A DNA stretch of 59,818 bases from a virus (Duplodnaviria; Caudoviricetes), in the IMG/VR virus record IMGVR_UViG_3300020400_000007, positions 1 through 59,818 of that record. One strand, 5' to 3'. Position 1 is the stretch's first letter. Each line of letters opens with the position of its first letter. The notes beneath the pieces were generated by a model. That model was not told where the DNA came from. It did not search any database and saw only the letters and a list, made by a program, of their open reading frames with translations. Made by a program: the position numbers and the translations under genes. Positions 49,372 through 56,142 of the stretch are shown here, piece after piece.

Positions 49372-49415
49372 TGTGTTGAGCGACAGCGATAACACAGATG
49401 AGCTTTAGCTCATCT
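49372..49415. terminator. Hairpins between convergent transcripts (possible terminator or 3' processing stems)
   Basis: TGTGTT..AACACA (49372-49396) and perfect AGATGAGCT-TT-AGCTCATCT (49396-49415) next to the stop of the minus-strand gene; no clear U-tract. Confidence 0.45.
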
Positions 49416-49416
49416 A

Positions 49417-49611
49417 CTAATGCAATTCGGGATTACGTCCAAGTCGAAATGCATCTTTATCATAAACAACAATCTCCTTGACTTCGTAACTTTTGCCAGG
49501 ATTACAATCGATCAGTGTTTGTATGACGGAAAACGCTTCTCCATCAGAATCACACTGAATAACGATCTTGTCGTCGCCGCACTCTACGATATTATATTTC
49601 GTCGATGGCAT
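49417..49611 (-). CDS. Small hypothetical protein (64 aa)
   Basis: MPSTKYNIVEC...LGRNPELH; ATG at 49611 lies just downstream of CTAAATA (49617-49623). The longer track ORF extends antisense into 49676..50257. Confidence 0.6.
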   Translation of the reverse strand: MPSTKYNIVECGDDKIVIQCDSDGEAFSVIQTLIDCNPGKSYEVKEIVVYDKDAFRLGRNPELH

Positions 49612-49645
49612 AAGAGTATTTAGAGTATATAGATGATCAATTATG

Positions 49646-49653
49646 TATAAATA
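49646..49653 (+). promoter_or_regulatory. T4-type late promoter
   Basis: TATAAATA, then AGGAG RBS and ATG 49676. Confidence 0.75.
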
Positions 49654-49675
49654 TAAAGTAACAGGAGAGTAAACC

Positions 49676-50257
49676 ATGAAAATAACGCAAATAACAAGCA
49701 CAGATGCAGTTAACGAAGCTCCTGGTGGTAGTGCATTAGGTAACATAGCACGTAAAGTAGGCGCAAAAGTGGCTGGCGCCGTTGGTGCCAAAGGCACCGC
49801 CGCTGGAATGACTGGAAAAGTTGACGCAAACAAACGTGCCAAAGAAATATTCACACAATATCGTCAGTATATGGGACAAACGGGTGGCAATCCTAAAGCA
49901 CCATCTGTAAACGCCTTACAGGACTTTATGCAAAAGCAAGGTCTTTCTACCACAAGACTTAAAGGAATGCAAGGACAAATAACTCCAAAACAGGTCGATG
50001 ATATTTTACAAAAAACTGCACAGGATACATTCAAAGGTGATCTTGGCAAAGCACAGGCAGGAACTGATGATGAAGCACCGCAAACACTAGGACAAAAATT
50101 TGGTGGTGGCGATAAGCCAGCAGGCGGTACAGCTCAAGCAGATGCTCCAGCAAGTGGCGGAGCTCAAGGTGGTGCAGGAGGGATTCCGGCAAACATACAA
50201 AAGGCAATCGACAGCTTGAATCCAAAACAAAAGCAAGAACTTGTAAAATTATTGTAA
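49676..50257 (+). CDS. Ala/Gly-rich putative internal virion protein
   Basis: Late promoter; N-terminal MKITQI...VNE^APG resembles a prohead-protease cleavage site. Confidence 0.6.
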   Translation: MKITQITSTDAVNEAPGGSALGNIARKVGAKVAGAVGAKGTAAGMTGKVDANKRAKEIFTQYRQYMGQTGGNPKAPSVNALQDFMQKQGLSTTRLKGMQGQITPKQVDDILQKTAQDTFKGDLGKAQAGTDDEAPQTLGQKFGGGDKPAGGTAQADAPASGGAQGGAGGIPANIQKAIDSLNPKQKQELVKLL

Positions 50258-50266
50258 GGAAGTGAA

Positions 50267-52864
50267 ATGCAACTAGGCGAAGTTACATCATATAATTTAA
50301 AATCACAAACAATACTTGCAGAAGGTTGGCAAGAGCTTACTGAAGCACAACGCATTTACATTGGTAAATGGGAAAGAGATGTTTGGCCATTAGTTGAAAA
50401 CATTAACACATTATTTGAAGCAGAACTTACTGACAAACAGATTGACGGTATCTTTACCAATGCAGAACAAGTTGCTGTACAAAGCGGTGACAACAAAACT
50501 GCACTAGGTAAAGCCGGAAAAGTTGTTGGCGACCAAGCAAAGAAATTACAAGCACAGATTGATCAATTATTAAAGGCGGCACAGAACAGTGGTCCTGTCA
50601 AAAACTTTGACGCACAGTTTGAAAAACTTAAAGCAGAATTAAAAAATAAACTCCAAGGCAATCCAATGGGTCAAAAGATCCTCAAGGTTGTTGACGGTTA
50701 TGGTGGCTTTGCAAAAGAAAATCCTGCCAAGGCGGCATTCGTAATTGGTGCAATGACTTCAGTACTTGCTTTTGCAAGTGGAGGTATTGTTTCAGGTGCG
50801 GCAATTGGTTTCTTTTTAAAACTTGCAAGTAACACATTGAAAGGTGATCAACTTTCAACAGCAGTTGCTAAATCCGTAAAAGGCGCGGCAATTGGTGCGG
50901 CGGCAGGTGCATTAGGAGATGCTTTAGACAAGTTGTTACCAGCAGAAGTGACAAACACATTTATTAATGACGCATCAGGTGAAATTGATATTTCACAACT
51001 AGACGGTATGGATGCAACAAGCATGGCTGACCTAGATGCTGAATCGGCCAAAGAACTTATACAAACAAGAAGTGCAATGGAAGAATTGGTTGCACGAGGT
51101 AACCTTGATGCTGATGCAGAAGAAATTTTACAAAAACAACTTGATCAGGTAAATGATAAGATACGTGAAATAGGTGACGGTGCATCAATAAATGATACTG
51201 TTGATGCTATGCAAGATGAATTTGGTATCAAAGGTACAGATGTTGACCTACAAAAAACAACCACAACATCAGATCAAGACACCGACGGAGTAACAACCAC
51301 AGAAGTTGTTGCTGAGCTTGATGCAGAACAATTAAATGACGCAGGAATAAATTCAGCAGACTATCCAGACAATCAATGGATTACTGACAACACACAAAAG
51401 TTGTTGGATGCTGGTTTAACGGAAGAACAAGTTGAAGCATTACAAAATGCACAAGGATTTAACAGAGCATTAGACCAAAGAGAATTCTTAGGCTTGAAAA
51501 TATCTGCTTCAGATTCAATTATCACTGGAGACAGCATAGACGTTGAAGGTGTGCCAGATGATATCAGCGTTGGACAAGTATTCAAATCAACAGTCAGTAA
51601 AACATTACCAGACGGAACTGAATACACTGGATTAGTTGACACAATGATTGAAGGTGTTGATGCAGACGGAAATCCTGTGTATCAAATCAAAAGTGTTTTT
51701 GTAAATCCAAGCCCATTCACAGAAGAACTAGATGCGGCTTTAGAAAATTTACCTGAGGATTTAAGAAAAGATTTATACGATCAAGTATTCAAAAGAACAG
51801 TTTCAGGTTCAATGGAAGAAATTGTTGACAACTCAGCGGCCAACATTGTAAAAGCCGCGGCGGCAGTTGCACTAGGTGGTGCATTGGCAGGCATGGAAGT
51901 TAAAAAAGACGATGACAAAAAAGCTGATGCAAAAGAAGAATCCATAGACATAGAAAAATACAACAGCCTAGTTGAAGACTATAATGAATTTTTAGAAGAC
52001 AATCTTGAAGAAGGTCCAGTACTAGACAAAATGAAAGCACTTGCAAAAGCAGGAGCCAACAAGGTCGGTGATGCTATGGACAAAGCAGGAGAAAAAGTTT
52101 CAGGTGCTGTAGGTAAAGCCGCAGGTGCAGTAAAAAGCGGAGCAAAACAATTAGCCAACAAAGTTACAAAAGAAAAATTAATGAAGATGTGGACCAAGAT
52201 GGGCAAACCAACAGACATGGGATCCATTGTAAACATTTTATCAGACGCAGGATTATCAGATGAATCTATTGGCACAGTAGCAACAAACACAAAAATACCT
52301 TTGAAACCACAAGCAAAACCAGACGCAGGTGAAGATGATCCTGAAGCACCAACACCAGGTGGAGCAACAGCTAAACCAGGTGAAGAACCTAAGGCAACTG
52401 ATGCAACTGCCAAACCCGTTGATGCAAACAAGGACGGCAAAGACGACAAGACAGGCAAAGTTATACAAATGCCTGGAACTAAACCAGCAGACGGTGTTGA
52501 CGCTCCTAAGAGTGGCATAGGTAAAGCAATTGGTGATAAACAACCTAAGGTACCAGGCACAGCAGGTAAAACAGCAATAGGTGACAAACAACCTAAAGCA
52601 CCTGGCACAGCTGGACAAAAAGGTTCAGCACCAGCAGTTGATGTTGACATACCAGGACTAGCTGATCAAATCAAGAAAGCCGGCATAGAGGATCAAGTCA
52701 AAAAACAAATTAATCAACCTCCTAAAGCAGGAGCAAGTGCAGGCAGTGGAAAAGATCTGGGAGCTGGAATGCAGGTTGATATTCCTACATTAGCAAGTCA
52801 AATTAGCGATGCTGGATTACAAAAAGCCGTTAAGGCACAACTCACACAAAAACAAGTAGCTTAA
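50267..52864 (+). CDS. Large putative internal head/ejection protein
   Basis: 865 aa; ILAE, LFE and LEE motifs; Gly/Ala hydrophobic segments; acidic core; Pro/Ala/Lys-rich repeat tail. Confidence 0.6.
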   Translation: MQLGEVTSYNLKSQTILAEGWQELTEAQRIYIGKWERDVWPLVENINTLFEAELTDKQIDGIFTNAEQVAVQSGDNKTALGKAGKVVGDQAKKLQAQIDQLLKAAQNSGPVKNFDAQFEKLKAELKNKLQGNPMGQKILKVVDGYGGFAKENPAKAAFVIGAMTSVLAFASGGIVSGAAIGFFLKLASNTLKGDQLSTAVAKSVKGAAIGAAAGALGDALDKLLPAEVTNTFINDASGEIDISQLDGMDATSMADLDAESAKELIQTRSAMEELVARGNLDADAEEILQKQLDQVNDKIREIGDGASINDTVDAMQDEFGIKGTDVDLQKTTTTSDQDTDGVTTTEVVAELDAEQLNDAGINSADYPDNQWITDNTQKLLDAGLTEEQVEALQNAQGFNRALDQREFLGLKISASDSIITGDSIDVEGVPDDISVGQVFKSTVSKTLPDGTEYTGLVDTMIEGVDADGNPVYQIKSVFVNPSPFTEELDAALENLPEDLRKDLYDQVFKRTVSGSMEEIVDNSAANIVKAAAAVALGGALAGMEVKKDDDKKADAKEESIDIEKYNSLVEDYNEFLEDNLEEGPVLDKMKALAKAGANKVGDAMDKAGEKVSGAVGKAAGAVKSGAKQLANKVTKEKLMKMWTKMGKPTDMGSIVNILSDAGLSDESIGTVATNTKIPLKPQAKPDAGEDDPEAPTPGGATAKPGEEPKATDATAKPVDANKDGKDDKTGKVIQMPGTKPADGVDAPKSGIGKAIGDKQPKVPGTAGKTAIGDKQPKAPGTAGQKGSAPAVDVDIPGLADQIKKAGIEDQVKKQINQPPKAGASAGSGKDLGAGMQVDIPTLASQISDAGLQKAVKAQLTQKQVA
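52526..52615 (+). repeat. Imperfect 48-bp tandem duplication inside CDS
   Basis: Encodes AIGDKQPK(V/A)PGTAG twice; units start at 52526 and 52574. Confidence 0.85.
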
Positions 52865-53091
52865 AAGAAAGGCATACTTGTCTTTTTAGCAACCTCAAGG
52901 TTTGCTTTGACAAGTTTTGCAAATATTTCTCTATCTTCAGGACCACACGCATACATTTCGTCAAGAGTCACTCCACCCCTCATATACCATACTAATTGTG
53001 CAAGGTCATACTTGAAGTTTTTTGTCTCTTTATCTAGTGCGTCAACTTCTTTTAGGATCTCTTCGAGAGACTTACTTAAGATCCTTATGCG
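52861..53091 (-). CDS. -1 frame extension of the gp26-like protein (gp51-like/GT-type chaperone segment)
   Basis: Open 76 codons RIRILSKSLEEILKEVDALDKETKNFKYDLAQLVWYMRGG...KTSMPFF* starting at the slippery site; first in-frame ATG only at 52983. Confidence 0.7.
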   Translation of the reverse strand, partial: RIRILSKSLEEILKEVDALDKETKNFKYDLAQLVWYMRGGVTLDEMYACGPEDREIFAKLVKANLEVAKKTSMPFF

Positions 53092-53948
53092 AAAAAATTT
53101 GACTGATCAAAAGTAATTGGAACTTCGAACGTTTCAGGAGCACCTGCTTCACGTTCTTCTTCAGTTGTTTCTATCTTGAAAGGTTTAGTATCAAACTTTT
53201 GTTTCTGTGCTGACAAATGATCAACAACAGAAGTAAAGAAAGTTTTATCACCTTTGGCAATAAATTCAGCAATATGATCTTTATCCGCAACCACTGTATC
53301 ACCAACTTGTATTTGTGTGATAGAATTAGTTACCATATCAATAGTAATGTTTGTAAGTTTATTAAACGACTGTGCAAACATTTCAAGTTTTTCTGTATCT
53401 GATATTGTTTGATCATTTACAACTGTATTGATTCTTTGTTCTTCAAAAGTCTTGATAGCTGTTCTTGTAAACTCTCTGTATGTTTGAGGTCTTACTGTGA
53501 TAGACATCTCGTCAACTTTTAACAATGAGTCATAAGTTACATTTTGATATTTGTCTAACAGCATTCTTAAATCAAGATCAAATGCTCTATCTGTACCAGC
53601 ACCTGGTACCTTAGTTTTGATTTCTAGTTTTTCACCATATGTTGCTATTCTGATTGCGATTAACAAAGCATCTACATCAATCGTTGGCATATTCCAAGCA
53701 TCTTTGATATTTGGAAAACAGCTCTGTACAACTGTCACAACAGATTGTCCGTTTAACAAAGCATCTGGTGTTTTAAATGCAAGTTCATCTTTGGCCGTCA
53801 TAGCAAACACTGGATACTCACCGTTCTCAGTTTTCTCAATAGCGCCTTCAGGATACCAGTTACCATTGCTTGGTAAATTGATATAAATTTTAGGCTGTCT
53901 AAAATATTTCTGTAACGGGTTTGGTCCTGTCTGTTTTATATTAGGCAT
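53085..53948 (-). CDS. gp26: Baseplate hub assembly/tail chaperone, T4 gp26-like
   Basis: NPLQKYFRQPKIYINLPS, MTAKDEL, DVDALLIAIRIATYGE, ends FDQSNFFA. Confidence 0.78.
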   Translation of the reverse strand: MPNIKQTGPNPLQKYFRQPKIYINLPSNGNWYPEGAIEKTENGEYPVFAMTAKDELAFKTPDALLNGQSVVTVVQSCFPNIKDAWNMPTIDVDALLIAIRIATYGEKLEIKTKVPGAGTDRAFDLDLRMLLDKYQNVTYDSLLKVDEMSITVRPQTYREFTRTAIKTFEEQRINTVVNDQTISDTEKLEMFAQSFNKLTNITIDMVTNSITQIQVGDTVVADKDHIAEFIAKGDKTFFTSVVDHLSAQKQKFDTKPFKIETTEEEREAGAPETFEVPITFDQSNFFA

Positions 53949-53985
53949 GATTTTCTCCGCATAAGTATTTTGTGTTCATATTACA

Positions 53986-54012
53986 TATTTATGGTATGAA
54001 GTTAAGTGCGTA
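53986..54012 (-). promoter_or_regulatory. Bipartite late promoter upstream of the gp26-like gene
   Basis: Minus strand TACGCACTTAA-N10-TAAATA. Confidence 0.65.
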
Positions 54013-54020
54013 CATAATTA

Positions 54021-54584
54021 ATGGCTGATTTATTTTACGATATAAAGAATTACACAGATTTTGAAAAATTGGACAAGGCAAGAGTCATGATCAAGCAAGA
54101 ACTTGACGCTTTTATCAAAGATTATGCAGTTGTCCAAGAAATTGGAATGGATTTTGACAGCTATTATAACACGGGTATCAAGGATAATTGGCGTACTATT
54201 GCTGTAAAATTAGGAGATAATCAAGATCCTGTTGAACACGCAGATAAGTTTCCTAACACATTAGAAATATTAAGTGAATGCAAAGGAGTTGAAAACTTCG
54301 GCATGAACTTTGTAAAGCCCTATGGCCGTATAATGCCACACACTGATCCCGAAGTAATAGTTGATGGCAAAGAAGTGCCATTCATAAATTGTTTGGCTGG
54401 AGTTGTGATTCCTTCACCTAATGTACATAAATGTGGTATGATGTTTGACAACAAAGAAGTATATGTAGCAGAGGGAGAATGGGTTACGTTTTTGCCTAGC
54501 ACAAAACATTCTGCCTGGAACTATACTGATCATTATAGATTAACTTGTATGTCAACTATTAATTTAGAATATTTCTCTTCTTAA
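54021..54584 (+). CDS. Asp/Asn beta-hydroxylase-family 2OG-Fe(II) oxygenase
   Basis: FPNTLEIL, PYGRIMPHTD (HxD), EGEWVTF...KHSAWNYTDHYR. Confidence 0.8.
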   Translation: MADLFYDIKNYTDFEKLDKARVMIKQELDAFIKDYAVVQEIGMDFDSYYNTGIKDNWRTIAVKLGDNQDPVEHADKFPNTLEILSECKGVENFGMNFVKPYGRIMPHTDPEVIVDGKEVPFINCLAGVVIPSPNVHKCGMMFDNKEVYVAEGEWVTFLPSTKHSAWNYTDHYRLTCMSTINLEYFSS

Positions 54585-55634
54585 TCCTGCTCTACCTACA
54601 TCAAGTGTTAAACAATGTATGCCGGCTTCCCAATATGTGCCGTGCCTGATAGGAACATAATCACAATCAATGTTGTGTTGTTTTAAGTATTGAAACAGTT
54701 CTGGAATATCTCTGCTAAACAAAATACAATCGTGATCTAAAACTAAAACATTTGTGTCAAAGGATATTTCTTGGTCGTATCCTCTCCACTTATCTAAGTA
54801 TGTGTCCAACCATTGTTCGCTGTGCATTCCGCCTGTTGCGTTTAGATCTTTTTTGTAATCTTCCAACATGGTCATATGATCTTTGAGATATTGACCTATC
54901 TCAATTATTTTTTTATCTTGTAGATAGCTTGGTATCCATGCCTTGTGATCACAGATAATAGTTTCATCGTTAACAAAAAAGAATCCATGATCTATGTGTC
55001 CCCAACCGTTCATTACGGTGCTATCATTTGCAACTATTTCAACTTCTGTAATATTTTTTTTGCACCACTCTAATCCTTTTTGTGTGCCTGGACCTTGTGT
55101 GTTTGTAATTAGCTTGTCGCCTGTTTTATACATTGTAGCAGTATGCCATAACACTTTGTCTTTTAACTTGTTGTGATAAATGTCCTTGCCACCGTTCCAC
55201 CATTTGGTTGTTGGATCTAAACTTATAAGTTGAGGACTTGGTTGTGCTATCCAGTTGTAACCTAAGTCGTTAAAACATTTATAAAAACTATGTCCATCAA
55301 AGTATCTGTCTGTCAAACTTGTATACGTTTGATATATTGTTTCGTTTATTACAATATATTGATCTCTTGGCACCATAGGACTGTTAGGAAACCTGATATC
55401 AAAACTTGGTAATGTTGTGCGTACTGGATCGATAGTCTCAGGACGTCTAATATGACAACCATAATCTTTGAGTTTGTTTGTAAGTGCTAGTAAGTCTTCT
55501 TTTGTTTCTTCTAGAATTAAGTTAAAATTATCTGTTGTTTTTCCAGGAGGTAATAAATGATCAAAACTGCCAGGACTATGACAGTCACCAACAATAACAT
55601 CTGTAAGTTTATCCCACTCTGTCCAAATCGCCAT
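54564..55634 (-). CDS. Amidinotransferase family protein (glycine/inosamine-phosphate amidinotransferase-like)
   Basis: WTEWDKLTDVIVG, PRD, GHIDH, catalytic GIHCLTLDV.R. Confidence 0.85.
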   Translation of the reverse strand: MAIWTEWDKLTDVIVGDCHSPGSFDHLLPPGKTTDNFNLILEETKEDLLALTNKLKDYGCHIRRPETIDPVRTTLPSFDIRFPNSPMVPRDQYIVINETIYQTYTSLTDRYFDGHSFYKCFNDLGYNWIAQPSPQLISLDPTTKWWNGGKDIYHNKLKDKVLWHTATMYKTGDKLITNTQGPGTQKGLEWCKKNITEVEIVANDSTVMNGWGHIDHGFFFVNDETIICDHKAWIPSYLQDKKIIEIGQYLKDHMTMLEDYKKDLNATGGMHSEQWLDTYLDKWRGYDQEISFDTNVLVLDHDCILFSRDIPELFQYLKQHNIDCDYVPIRHGTYWEAGIHCLTLDVGRAGLRREIF

Positions 55635-56070
55635 AATTAAATATTTCTTGTAAGTATTCTTTGTCCCAATAAGAATAGTATTCAGTCTTACTTAACCGTT
55701 CTCTAGCTGACAAAAGTTCTGTCTTGGTTTGTGCTATAATCAAAGGTACGTGTCCGTTGCCAGTTTTTACTCCTTTGATGTATGTGGGCCTATCTGGATG
55801 ATCAGGCAAGAATATGTGTGTGCTGTGTTTTTGTTGTAACGCATGGCACAGTTCATTTATTTGATCAAATGTTGAATTTACACTTGCTTCACAGTATATT
55901 GTGATTTCATCTGACAGATTATCAAACAATTTTTCAGTTAATTTTTCTGCTATTTTCACCTTGGGCAGTTCTTTAGCAAAAGGACAAATGCTGTAATTTC
56001 CTATTTCAGAACGTGGTTTCGTGATTCGTTCAAGCCAGAGTCCTAGATGTTTTTCAATATTTTCTGGCAT
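55609..56070 (-). CDS. Hypothetical protein, DUF1415-like
   Basis: WLERIT...ICPFAK...PDHP motif; overlaps the amidinotransferase start. Confidence 0.55.
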   Translation of the reverse strand: MPENIEKHLGLWLERITKPRSEIGNYSICPFAKELPKVKIAEKLTEKLFDNLSDEITIYCEASVNSTFDQINELCHALQQKHSTHIFLPDHPDRPTYIKGVKTGNGHVPLIIAQTKTELLSARERLSKTEYYSYWDKEYLQEIFNYGDLDRVG

Positions 56071-56142
56071 GATTTTCCTTGGCTAAATAATAAAGTATTC
56101 ACATATAATATTTATGGGTGCAGTATATAGGTTATAATACAT

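Noticed and set aside
49000-49415. Group I/II intron, tmRNA, RNase P or tRNA as the identity of the structured region
   Set aside because: No interrupted host gene. No recognisable P7 pairing, group II domain V, tRNA-like acceptor/T arm or RNase P P4 consensus. The GTGCG at 49076 alone is insufficient. A covariance-model search is still needed.
49612-49854. N-terminal extension of ORF 49417..49854
   Set aside because: Overlaps the + strand gene and both promoters; ATG 49611 downstream of a TAAATA box is the better start
51979-52650. 223-aa minus-strand ORF (also 57663..58052, 58110..58532, 20335..20817, 14852..15271 and similar)
   Set aside because: Antisense shadows of long genes with biased codon usage; no RBS, promoter or protein motifs
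52907-53116. 69-aa plus-strand ORF
   Set aside because: The minus-strand -1 frame ORF explains the region better and has protein-like composition
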